From positions 2,728,001 through 2,792,000 of the forward strand of contig CM119377.1 in the NCBI GenBank assembly GCA_051294905.1: 64,000 nucleotides of DNA, written 5' to 3'. A model generated the notes under the pieces. The model did not search any database. It was not told the origin of the DNA and saw only the letters and a program-made list of their open reading frames with translations. The position numbers and the translations under genes were made by a program. Shown in pieces: positions 50,225 to 62,325 of the stretch. The stretch is from Botryllus schlosseri. Lineage: Eukaryota. Numbering within the stretch: position 1 is the first letter of the stretch; each line of letters begins with the position of its first letter.

Positions 50225-53200
50225 ATGTGTCGACGGAGCGCCGCTGGACTTGTTTTGCTGACCTTACTAGTATGGAAGAGCAGGGCGGATAGAGTAGAGC
50301 GAATTAACGATAGTACAAGGTTGTTTTTCAGCCACGTATTCGATGATAGCGTCAAGGCAGCTTACAGCGTCGCATTCGATTATAGAGGTTCGTTTAAGAC
50401 ATACGGCCATACAGCCATTGCTGAGCACATTTGAATGTCAACGTATATAGATTGTTTACGAGAAAATGAAATGCGTGCGGTCGACTCCACTTAATTCGGA
50501 CACCTGGCAAGCCCTCTATTCGGCTAAAATGCCCAGGACCGGAACAAATGTGAAAATAACACGTGAAACCTTCGGTTAATTCGGGCCGTTCTCCGCTTAA
50601 TTCGGACACATGCTCGCAATTTCTGTCGTTAGGTTATGAGACAATAAGCAAACTTCGTTTTAACACAAGATGAGTGATTATAGTGGAATGATGACGATCA
50701 ATGCAGTAACCATCGCCGTGACAGCTGCATCTTAGCATTAAATTAGGCACAATTGCGTCCATCCGGTAGAACAGAGTGCTTGGTACAGCAAAGTTGAGCA
50801 GAAAATGTGGAATTGATTTCAAAGACTACTCCAAGTCGTTTGGAAACCTTCATATCCTTTCATTGTATCACAGTTTTGTGGTGTTTTGAAATGATGAAAA
50901 TATTAATAAACTGGTACTTCTTATGAAAGTAAACGAAGGAAAAAGCAAAGACGCTCTCTTGACAGTTGAGCAGTTAGTTGCGTTGGTGGAGATATCAAAA
51001 AGTATTATTGTGTGACACAGTAATAACGTAGCCAATACAATAGGCCTATATGTTGATTGGTTTGGTATATAAAATACAGCACGATACAACTAACCTGAAG
51101 CTATAACTGATGTGTATTTTATGCGATTTGTGCCAATTATTGCAGTATAGCACAGCTGTAATCAATGTATTACACGCAGCAGCATTTTGAAAGTGTTATG
51201 TGCTGCCTTCACACGTGATCATGAAGTCAACCATTGATTTTCCGATTAACGCGGACAAAACCATTTCTCTGCCTAATTCGGCGAAAAGTGAGCGGAACAA
51301 AACTGTCCAAATTAAGCGTGGTCGATTGTCTACAATTGAAAAATATATACAAATAAACCCGCATATTTTCGGCTATGGTAGGGAATTGAGTAGAACATTT
51401 GAAATAAAAATTTCGAAAATTCGAATATTAATTCTTTTCTAGTGGGTGGCGAATAATCCTTATCGGTGTTAGCCGAACATATTCTGGTTTCAACATGCAT
51501 TTTTTAAATTAGAGAAATCACGAGGCAGTTAGCTTCATAACTGCTAAAACTTCACGACTCACATAAACAGAAATGCTGTCTTGAGATGAAATATTCTACT
51601 GTGCAAACTCATTTTAATTGCCAAATTGCCAATAGCCTACTGATACAAACATATTGCTGTTTAGAGATGTATTGTTTGGGATTTGGAAAAAATTGCTTCA
51701 AAAATGCATTTCTCCTGTGATGCATAACCGCTACTCCAGAATAACTTCAAGATGAGCTGCTAGATAGAAATGACTATATGCTGGACGTTACATGTTCACT
51801 AAAGATCTGTTCCTCAATTTTGGTGTCAGATATGTTCCGATCGTACCCAGAGGTGTCGTGGGAGGCGTTGCGCGTTATTATCGCATTCACCACCACCTAC
51901 ATTATTCAATAGTATATTATAGCCATGTAACTACAAGAGTCTCTTTAAAACGAAATACATAATACACCTAAAGCAACTGTAGTATTGTACCGTTCACAGC
52001 TCAACCCTAATTGATCGAGGCTGCGGGATGCTGGCCGAGACTGACTCCAGAAAGGAATACACATATAACGTTATTCAACAGTCATATTTCATCCCGGATT
52101 GTCACGATTATTTTGTTAGCTCGCATCCGAAAATCAATCCACGATCTTCGAGCTATCACGAACAAATTCTTTTAGCCTTTTATGCTTAACAAGTGAGACG
52201 CAGGCGCACTCACCTGATTTGGATAACGAGTCACAGCGTGAGAGTGCGATACCAATCAGTAATCAATCTCGACCAAATTTATTGTATGTAGTGGTGTTCG
52301 GTTTATTAGCACTTTTTATCAGTTCAATACACCACAAAATTGCGATACAGTGAAAAGATAGGAAGGCGTCGAAACGACTTGGAGTAGTCTTTGAAATCAA
52401 CCACCCACCTTGGCCTATAGGCGACGTAAAGAGGAAGCATGCACACTGAATGAAAAGTATACGATAATATAAAAAGCAAGCGACAAAAACGAGGTGATAT
52501 GTCACGGAAGGCGAGATCGATAGGTCAGGTCGTGGTCCAGTAATCATGAGGACGGACTAGTATTCATTCAGTACTGTACGTACAATGCGGATAGACTGCG
52601 GAATTAGATCAAAGAAACATTTCATAAAATTGATCAGAATTAAATTTCAATCAATCCAGGTTCGACCATTTGCATACGGAAGTGTCAACACGGTACGATA
52701 TTCTACCCAGACGGTACATGCAAATGCATTTGCAGGAAGAACTATTCGTTACAGGATAATATCAGATGCGCGCGAGGCAAGCTGTTACACCTCATCTATA
52801 CTATATCGTCTCATATTAATCATATACATTATTTAGCTTCGTGGTCAAGATGGAGCTCTTGGACTAAGTGCTTGACATCGCACTGGGGCGGCCTCCAACT
52901 CAGAGAACGGGTTTGTAAAGCAGGAGAAATCGATGCAGCTGGCTCTTGCAGTGGTAGAGGGAGCGCGGCGAGAACTTGCAATCGCATTACCAAAGGTTCA
53001 CGGTCTTCCACACGATATCACGCATTCGTTACCTTGTATGACCTTGCTGTTTCGTTTAGAGTTCAAAATACGTAAAAACGTTAACGACTTGACCGCTGAC
53101 GAATTACACGATATACTGCAGGCCATGACAAAGTTTAAAAAGGATACATCGAAGATGGGATATCGGGTAAATTTGAAAACAGTCAATGCAACTTGTCATG

Positions 53201-56200
53201 TTCCATATTTCCCTTATGGGGCACAGCGAATATTGTATATGCTTTTTAAATATAAGTCGGTGGCTACAGAAATTATTTACTGATATATAATTCGGATATA
53301 CTCATGGCCTACTAGTAGGACATGCTTAAAATTTATCCAAGTGACCAGAACGTGACAAACCGAATCGTCAGCATTGACTCCAGGATTAGAATGTGCGGAA
53401 TCTATTCAACCCTGACGTGACGCAGTTGCCAAAAATGGCGTCGAAGTGTGTATGTCTAAGTTACAGTGACTCTTTACGCGTACTAGCGATGACAGGGCAC
53501 ACCAGCATATTGATTGAGATCACCGTTAGAATCTGATGAGAACACCGAATACTTTTTATAACGCGATATCTCATTCTCGGTTAAATTATAGAATATCATA
53601 TCCTGGCATGGCTATCCCGGACGATGTCCATGGTACTACAATATCAAAAAGCACAAAGATAACCATTGCAGTTGGCATCATCACCCGATGTTTCAGCCTT
53701 GGCACAGATTGATAGCAGTTCAATTGGAAATTGGTAAAGACCTCTTTTTTCAAATATTAGCAAATTGGTATCTAAATCGTTGGGACGAGGCCTACATAAT
53801 GTTTCCAGCATCCTATTCCACTATTGACAGCGTTAAACCAGTATCCGCATTATTAGGCCTGTATTCATTATGATTTATTCGATTTTTGAGATTTATGCAG
53901 ATTTCAGGAACACTTCCGTCATTAGCATATAGCGTATACTTCTCGTCCTCAAATCTCAGGTCTTTCACGCTATCTCAAAAATAAAACCCTGGGAATTCCC
54001 TACTGGGATTGGACGACGCACGCGACTGATATTCCGTATCTACTGAGACTTCCGAAAATTTACGATCCAATATTGAGGAAACGCGTTGTAAATCCGTTTC
54101 ACAGAAACTTCATAAAAATGTGGCATGGCGTGAAACTGTAAGTATATAACGCATTCTTCCATACCTATTAATCCGAGGTGGCCAAAGTAGTCAGAATTAA
54201 CGTTGCAAATTTATACTCAAGTACAAGTATAAGTATCAATTTCCATGTAAGTATTCAGAAAAACAAGTATTCAAGACCTATATATAGTTTGCCCGAGAAA
54301 TGAAATCTGTTAAGTTGAATTAGAAGTAATACAAGAAGTCAAAACCTACTTGAATATTGCAATTAGAAGTGCAACAGTGGATGGTGGGATTTAAAGTAGA
54401 TTAGGCTACTCCTTTGTTCATACATCGTAAAACAACAAAGCTGTATTTGAGTGCGTACTGTGCAGCCTATATGATATTCGTCACATTCGAATCTACCTTT
54501 GGATTTCAGCTTTCTGAAATTTCGATATTTTTATGTTTGGAAATCAATAAACAAATGAGTTATAAATTCACCGAATTGTTCTAATCGATGACAATGAGAA
54601 TATACTACGGGACAATTTGTTAAAAATAGATCTAAATCGGAACGGATATTCGAATTACATTGGACAGATGACATGCTCATGGCTGCTGGTTATGAAAAAC
54701 TGAATCGTTCACAACACCACATATGCTATATTATGCCAAACGTTCAGGTACAACCAACGGAAGCCGGTGTACACAGGAGTGCTAATGGACCGGTACCTTC
54801 TGAAAGGTGTCGTCAGAGCGATGATGTGTCACGATTATTACGAATACGATCAACAGCAGTCTGTCATTCCTCACGATCAGGTTAGGTCTGCTTACTTGGG
54901 CTACGCCGCTAATGCTTGGCGGGTAATTTCAATATCGCCAACAGAACACGCAAATGTTTAACATAACTTCGAAACCGACTTCGTGAATGATCAAGATCGT
55001 TAGTAACGTATTCGACTCGACCTGTCATGTATAATGCAACTCGTGTACCACCTCGGCTCAGATAGGCCTACGGCACGGATCACATCGTAGTTTAACCAGC
55101 CTGCAATATATCTGCTCCTTGGGATAAACCAAATATCTTGATGAATACCGACGTATATAAGCTGAAACTGAAATACAGCACTTTTTGGTACAGTATATGT
55201 ACATTGTACATGCACAATCTGACGTCTAACAGGCCTACCTTACAATTAAACGCAATTTAAAGCGCTTTGGCGATACTTTAAAGAACAACTTGCGGTAACT
55301 TCACAAATAAACTGAACCAAACTTCACATGGACCAAACTAGTATACTAACGCATCATGACGGCTGTTGCGCGGATGGGTGAAAGAGTGTAAAGCGTTGAT
55401 TACCTTACCATGCGAGAGGAAATGTAATCAAAAAGGATACATGTATCATACGAGCGATAATTGCTCATCCGCGACATCCCCGTTGGAAAATTAATTTAAA
55501 TGATTATGTATAGAATGCAGACATAGGCCTACTAACACCGATTTTGTGTAACATGTCATAATTCGTATAATACATTATTATTCTAGATACACAATTGCTT
55601 CTGTATCGGAAAAATGCTACTTGGACAATCCGTGTGTGATTATGGCATGCCCACAGTGGATTACGCTGCATGGGATCCGGCGTTCATGCTACATCACAGT
55701 GCGATGGACAGGTTATTCGTGATAAGAAGAGAGCTCGAGGAACTGCATGGCGTTGCGGACTGGACAAAGAGCAGAGTCATCGGGCAATATGTGAAGGTCA
55801 TATAGTTATTTGTATTGCATATCATGTAAGCAGAAGTGTCAGTGAAGTGTCAAACTATTTAGCGTTATTACTTACTTTCTACCCTACAAAATATGAAGTG
55901 TAAAAAGTAGTATGTAGTTTTGGCTAAAACAATTGAGTGGAAATGGAAATAACTAATTGGATACGCACCGCAAGTAGGCAAAACCTGAGGCTACTTCGAA
56001 AGCGTCGAAGTAGGCTACTTCGTCACTGATCATATCTGGATGCATGAGACACACAGCGCCGTAACACCAAATATTTCACGGAAGGTTGATGCTCATTGCT
56101 CATGTCGGAATATAGTTTCAAACCACGCCATGCTACCTAGCAAACTGAAAGAAGGGCTTTGATATTACCGTAATTCACCCAGATACCGCTACCATGTCGA

Positions 56201-56633
56201 ATAATAAAGTAGCCTACTTGATACAGCAACAGCGGAAGCAAAACAATAGTATTTTCGTGCTCAGGCAAAGGGTAACGCACGGGATATATCACAAGCATTC
56301 GACTGGCCGCTTTCGCCGTTTTGCAACAGCAGCATGAATTCAGAACCAGTGACAGGGAGAAAGGGGGTCTGGACTATGCACAACGCTTACTATAACGGAC
56401 AACTTTTCGGATATAAGTACGACAACTACGATTTCGGCCACAACTACAAATGGGAGGATTTGAAGAGAGATTTCGAAGGGAACGTCGTGAAGAGGGCGTT
56501 TTGGAACGATGACTTTTTCGTGACAAAGCTGGGAAGCTTAACGGCCGCAAATTCACGACTTTTGCCGAGGACAAGCGGATGCGCTTTCCATTATTCAAAT
56601 CCCGTGTGGAATATCAGGATCCAGTGGAATTGA
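50225..56633 (+). CDS. Secreted TSP1 + type-3 copper (tyrosinase/hemocyanin-FU-like) protein, copy 3, 486 aa
   Basis: Exons 50225-50387 (MCRRSAAGLVLLTLLVWKSRA signal), 52837-52995 (TSP1), 53060-53166, 53592-53733 (CuA), 53960-54137, 54748-54880, 55587-55796 (CuB), 56265-56633. Total 1461 nt; exons 2-8 have the same lengths as in copy 2. Confidence 0.92.
52297..52560 (+). mobile_element. Family L repeat (probable Helitron)
   Basis: TTCGGTTTATT...GGACGGACTAG|T; homolog of 19061-19341. Confidence 0.55.
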
Positions 56634-57392
56634 AGAAATCTATTTATATATATCAGTGGTTTCCAAACTGGGCGGCATGGCCCACGTTTATCAGCTTGGA
56701 GGCTTCTCCACTATAGCAAAAGGAATAAATTAAAATTTAATTAAAATGCTAGTACACATTGGTACAACAATAAGCTACTTCTTCAACTTGAGTTTGCCGT
56801 CTTCCCTCCACCACCACACCAACAATTAGGACATTGTCAGAGCAAAAACAGGTTCAACCAACACTTTCACTGAACACGTAGTAACTAATTGAACCACTAT
56901 CATGTTTGTTGTGCGTTGTATTTATATCATTTTATGATTCTAACCACCGGTTATACTGTATAAATCCGGTTTCCCATTAACATAGCGTTTCCTATCACTT
57001 TCAAACGGGTGAAAATACCTTTGAATTTACAAAATTCTCAAGGGGCCACGGTGTAAGACAGATAGTGAACTCCTGATATGTTGTAGCCTACTAAAATTGT
57101 CGGTTGGTCATATTTTCGGGTAGTGTGGAATGTATACCAGGATGTAGGCAATTCATTCATTAGTGTAGAAAACTTTTACATTGCTCTGAGTTTATGAAAT
57201 AGATGGATTGAGTATAAGGCTGGTTGTATGCAATTATATATAAACGCCATGAGTTTTAACGCTATAAGCCAAGAGGTAAGTGATGTCTGGCTAGCCGAAA
57301 GGAATCGATAGTTTTCCGCTGATCGAACATACATTCACAGTGAAATTACTGAATCTGCGTGTTGGTGGTTTGAATGCGAGACAGAGCTGCAG

Positions 57393-57642
57393 TTCAGTTT
57401 ATTGGTAATAATTTTTCTTTCAAAACACCACAAGATTGCGACACAATGTAAAGATAGAAAGGTATCGACACGACAAGGACACTCCTCGGGCCTAGGCGAT
57501 GTAAATAACAGGCATGCCCACGGAGTGAAAAGTAATAGAAGATGACATAGAAGGACAAGTGACAAAACGAGGTGACACGTGATGAAATAGGCAAGACCAA
57601 TTTATCAGATCGTGGCCCGGTAATCTCGAAAGCTGACTATAG
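57393..57642 (+). mobile_element. Family L repeat (probable Helitron)
   Basis: TTCAGTTTATT...GCTGACTATAG|T; homolog of 19061-19341. Confidence 0.5.
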
Positions 57643-58726
57643 TATCCAAGCCCCTCAATACTTAATTCATCAGGAGATTAGGTGGTAATCATTGGTCACC
57701 TCAATGGATAATGTTGGCAGATAGCCTAAGTTTACATATTCTGATTTGCGCACAGACTCGCTAACGCCATTAACCATTCAAATTAAATCTTGTACATATT
57801 TACTGACATACTTTTATGTTCCTTCAAGTTATTGATAAATTTTGGCGAACCGACGTAATAAGAACTTAATTCGTGAACAACAGGTAAAACTAGGTCTCAA
57901 CCACTTCCGATTGCGTATTTGACTTCAATCAATATCCACAGAGACGTACGAAAACGCAATATCATGGTCACGAATTTTGCTGTAATTTTATTCTAGGTCC
58001 CCATGCAAGGTGTCTCAAAAACAAAACTCTTCGAAATCCATACCAGGATTTTACACCGAAAGTCAAAAAACATTCCGAAGCATAAAAAAATTACGATGTT
58101 ATTTCGAAATAGCCTGCTGTCATGAACCCCTTTTAACATAGAACAGGGCCAAGGAGTCGAAGTGAAAATATCTAAGTTTCTGCGTGTGGTGCTGTGTTTT
58201 AATTTTATGATATTGTCGCCCAAGGAAAGAACTGTTTTCGAACAGTACAGTGCTGGATCAAAATGCCTGGATTCAGAGAGCCGAGTCTTAGCGCAGAATA
58301 TCGGCCTGGTGTAAAATGAGCAAAGAGATCGAAACACATGATAACAGTAAACAACAATAATCTTAGCTTTAACGAATGTAATACAAAAATCCAACGATGT
58401 AGATGCCTCTTTTCCAGATCTACTGGATAATCTGTAGCTTCGATAGACCTAGGTATAGATATCTGCCAATGATTGAATACTTTACTCCATCAATTAATGT
58501 AAACGCAGGTCTGACGCCGAAGCACATAAATTCTATACCAGTACCGATGAGCGTCTCCGTCTAATCGATTTTTGATGCGCGGATTAAAAAATATAAATAG
58601 CCATAGTGGCGACTTTGATTTTGGGTAATAAAATATCACAATATTGACAAACACCGTATTTCCTTCATTCTAAGAAATCATAGGTTTTAAACAAAACAAC
58701 TTTCTCTGCAATAAATCAATAGTGCG

Positions 58727-59317
58727 CTATTTATCCGAGAACACTCGCTTTATGGAGTCTAGAAATGTCGGAAAAGTATACTCACTATAGGCAATATGTG
58801 AAAAAATCACATTTAAAACAAGCTTATTGCACTTAACTCCCAATACTCTATACTGCGGAGCAAAAAATTTGAAATTGAAAATTTGAAATATGGGCCAAAG
58901 TACAAGATCAAATGCGAGCATGATTGGAACTTTGTCCCTCGTTTCTTCAAACATCTGCGTAGAATTGTGACCCTGTAATAAACTCAATCCTCCAATGAAC
59001 CATGCATACAAAAGTGGCGACGACAACATGTCCACACCCAGCTTCTTGGATATAATCCTAAACGAATGTCCTGGATAACTTCTGTCCAGGAAACGGTACC
59101 AATAATGTATCATTGGACCCCATGACAGACACACTATTGTCATATCTCTAGTTCTCGTCTCATCCCATTGGAATCTCCCGGACTGTTGTTCCATTTTTTG
59201 CACTATAATATCGCTCAAGCATCCAAATCCTCCACTAGTGACGGTGTTCACAACAAGTGCGTACTTTCCCGTATAGCCTTCTTTTACAATAGCAAACGCA
59301 CGCAAAAGTAATCTCAT
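58727..59317 (-). CDS. MPV17L2: Mpv17/PMP22 family membrane protein, MPV17L2-like, copy A (196 aa, intronless)
   Basis: Motifs VNTVTSGG...DIIVQ, GPMIHYWYRFLD, KKLGVDMLSSP, LWPIFQIFNFKFFAPQYRV are typical of the Mpv17/PMP22 family and closest, by recollection, to MPV17L2. Confidence 0.82.
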   Translation of the reverse strand: MRLLLRAFAIVKEGYTGKYALVVNTVTSGGFGCLSDIIVQKMEQQSGRFQWDETRTRDMTIVCLSWGPMIHYWYRFLDRSYPGHSFRIISKKLGVDMLSSPLLYAWFIGGLSLLQGHNSTQMFEETRDKVPIMLAFDLVLWPIFQIFNFKFFAPQYRVLGVKCNKLVLNVIFSHIAYSEYTFPTFLDSIKRVFSDK

Positions 59318-59673
59318 GACAACGATATCGGTAGCTCCAACCTAATCTTCTTCACTGCTTCGTTCATCACGTGCGCAATAGAATGCATATATATTCTGGT
59401 GTACTAAAATTTGACGGCGCGACTAAAACAGGGAAATCCCCGATCATGGTGCAAGTGCTGCTGCAAACTGGCACGCCGAGTCTTGGCGTGCGTCAGTGCC
59501 AGCGTTGGGAGACAAAGTCACATCCTTCGAGTTACAATTAGTCATATCGAATCATTGTACATGCTGACTCGAGTCAAGTCATATCATTAGATTTTGAAGA
59601 GGGGCTCCCCATTTCCGGCGGCCCTTTCCACCACGACGAAAGAGAGAGCTTTATATATCGACAGTGTGTAGCC

Positions 59674-60889
59674 CAGAGGTCTCAAACACGCGGCCCGCGA
59701 GACCGTTTTGTGCGGCCTGCGACGGCATTTTGGATTTTGTAGTATTCGTCAATATTTAACTACCATTTTCTTTAATTTGAGAACTTAAAATTCGTTCTAA
59801 AACTACTCCAGAAACCAGAAACTACTCTTCAAACTTCACTATTAAATCAGTTTCTAAAGTTACAATCACAACGCAGTGGAAATTTACCTATTACGTGACA
59901 TTACTTCTTCATGATGGTTAAACATGTTGATGATTCGTACTGAAAATTGTGATTTGTACTTGGGCGCGAGTCGAGTCGCGTCAAAAGATACAAACATAGA
60001 ACGGCTATTGTGACGCGGACCGCCGTGACTTTGTGCAACCACGGACGCAACAAACTATCAAACTGGTATGAAAAATAGTAAAATATCGAAGGGTCGTAGC
60101 ACGCGTTTCGTAGTTCATTTCGATATCTAAGCAGATCGGTATGGCAACCATTGGCATGATGTTGCCCTCTTGATGTAGAGTTGGCTACATCCTGTGTTAT
60201 CATGAGTAGACTATCTTTATCCATGTTATCATATTCAATTATTGTGAGTTGTGACGAGTATAAAATAGTCGTAGCCGACGCTTCACAGCTGTAACACAAA
60301 TGGATTGTTCAGCGATTGGACATTTCTATTGCTATTGCATAGTAATCATTATATTGAAGTTGTTATTGATCTGTTCAAATATTCGAAGGTAAATATAACG
60401 CTGATTTAATTTGACCTTGGTAATGACATGACTAATAGCCTAGTTATCTGGAGTATACCCGAGACCCGGATTAGGCTGTATTGCTCCCATGTTCTGATAT
60501 CAGATCAATCTTTGTAAAATTCTAAATTCCTCACTATAATTGCGGCACGTCAAACGTTCGTTAGCTGCAAAATTATAACGCGACAGCTTTTACGATTTTC
60601 TGATGCATTTCTACACTGACATGATGTGTACAACTAATTATTTTGACAAACTATGCTACACCAAGTATTTTACTCAAATATCTAAAAAATGTTATTTTGT
60701 TCATGCCAGGCGTGAATTCACAATACTAAATCACATTTTTACGATGCGTGTAGAATGTCAGTCTGCAAGGTCCCGTCAAATAAGGCCTACTTGGAAATAC
60801 ATTGAATTCCCCTATTTCGGTGCTGCGGCCCGCGGCGCCATCAAAAAGTAGGAATTGGCCCGCGAGCACATTTGAGTTTGAGACCTCTG
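59674..60889 (+). mobile_element. hAT-Charlie-like element F
   Basis: CAGAGGTCTCAAAC/GTTTGAGACCTCTG; perfect 8-bp TSD GTGTAGCC. Confidence 0.88.
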
Positions 60890-61234
60890 GTGTAGCCTAT
60901 ATGTATATGTATATATTATGATGTAAATGATGTCTCTTCGCGTCAGGTCAATAATATTGGTGATTAAGATATATTACTATTACGTTTCTCCTCATTCATC
61001 CAACCTGATCAGATTTACTTGTTGTCTTGTTGGTATCCTGCGTCAAGGACATGAGTATTTGGTGCCAGCCGTTTAGGAGCCTATGGACTGTGGTATGATA
61101 ATTAGACAATTGGACATAGTTGAATATATATCCAAGATTACGGCTATGTTCGGTCAAGGTTTTCTCCCCACCGATATTTTTTTACAGCGCAATTCGATGA
61201 GTCAGATGGTAACCTAAACTTCATACGTGTTGAT

Positions 61235-61680
61235 TAGGCTTACCATACGTCCTCTTTTAAGAGGATTTGTCCTCTTTTTTGACTTTTTTGAAAGTGTCCT
61301 CGGAGGACGCCCTTTTGTCCTCTTTTTTTGAGATTTTGTCCTCTTTTTAGAAAATTGAGGTCAGATTCAGAGCAAATTGCGAGTGATATGCCGCAAATTA
61401 GCACAGAAGTGAAGCTCCGGCGGGTATTTCGGGGTGAAAAACGGTGATTTTAGCTCTGAGCGAAAAGATGACCTTTTTTTTAGTCATCCACCTGGCAACG
61501 TGGAGAGAAAAACGGTATTTTGAGCTCTGAGCGGAAAAGATGATTTTTTTTTTTTTTTTAGTCAACCGATCACAAAGTGGGAAAAATTCACCGGTTTTTG
61601 AGAATTCTTCTCCGGTTTTGCAAGTCTGAAATTTCTCATAAAGTGTCCTCTTTTTAGATTTCCAAAATATGGTAAGCCTA
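61235..61680. mobile_element. hAT MITE family C
   Basis: TAGGCTTACCATA/TATGGTAAGCCTA; perfect 8-bp TSD GTGTTGAT. Confidence 0.88.
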
Positions 61681-62325
61681 GTGTTGATCAAGTCTAAAAA
61701 TCTAGCAACATTAACTCGCGCGAGGCGCGAAGAGCATTGACAATTGTAAATTCTCGCACATATTAGCCAATAGTTTTGGTGTATTTACGTAATAATTTTT
61801 GGTCCGTTCGAGCTAGCCCCTCTAATTGGGGGTGGGTGGGAGTGGGTACGGCTGTTACAGCCCTATATATTCTGCGCGCTCGACTCCACATCGCCGTCAC
61901 AGTTAAGAGTTTAAAATTGCAACCAGTGGGAATTTCTCCCAGATTGTGAAACACAGATTTGTACTTCGGTAACTGAAATGAGGCTGGTGATGGCTTCACA
62001 CTTCATACCAACAAACTTTTAGGTTCCGTTCAGTTAATTAATATATCGGCACGGACGTAATAAGACATTAATCCGCCGAGAACAGGTAGAACGATGTCTC
62101 AACGATTTCCGATTAGGCATATTTTGCTTTAATCAATATTCACGCATTGTGACCTTTCCGTGCACGAAACTCTATACTAAAGTCGTGAGATATACTATGG
62201 CACATCAACAAACACAGGTTAATCATCGGAAGATATCTGCCAACGCACGACCATAGCTTAATTCATATTGAAATGTAAATGCAACACATCTCATATATTT
62301 TGCACTAGCACCGATAGCGTTCTAT

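Noticed and set aside
18558-56633. Calling the array true respiratory hemocyanin or melanogenic TYR/TYRP1/DCT
   Set aside because: Each gene has one unit and its own stop and signal peptide, with no C-terminal beta domain, no transmembrane helix and no N-terminal TYR cysteine-rich domain.
57993-58394. 133-aa minus-strand ORF
   Set aside because: Non-ATG start, no motif, no splice context; lies in sequence absent from the duplicated flank of copy B, so probably an insertion.
59467-59500. GC-rich hairpin upstream of MPV17L2 copy A
   Set aside because: Single occurrence, no counterpart upstream of copy B, no family assignment.
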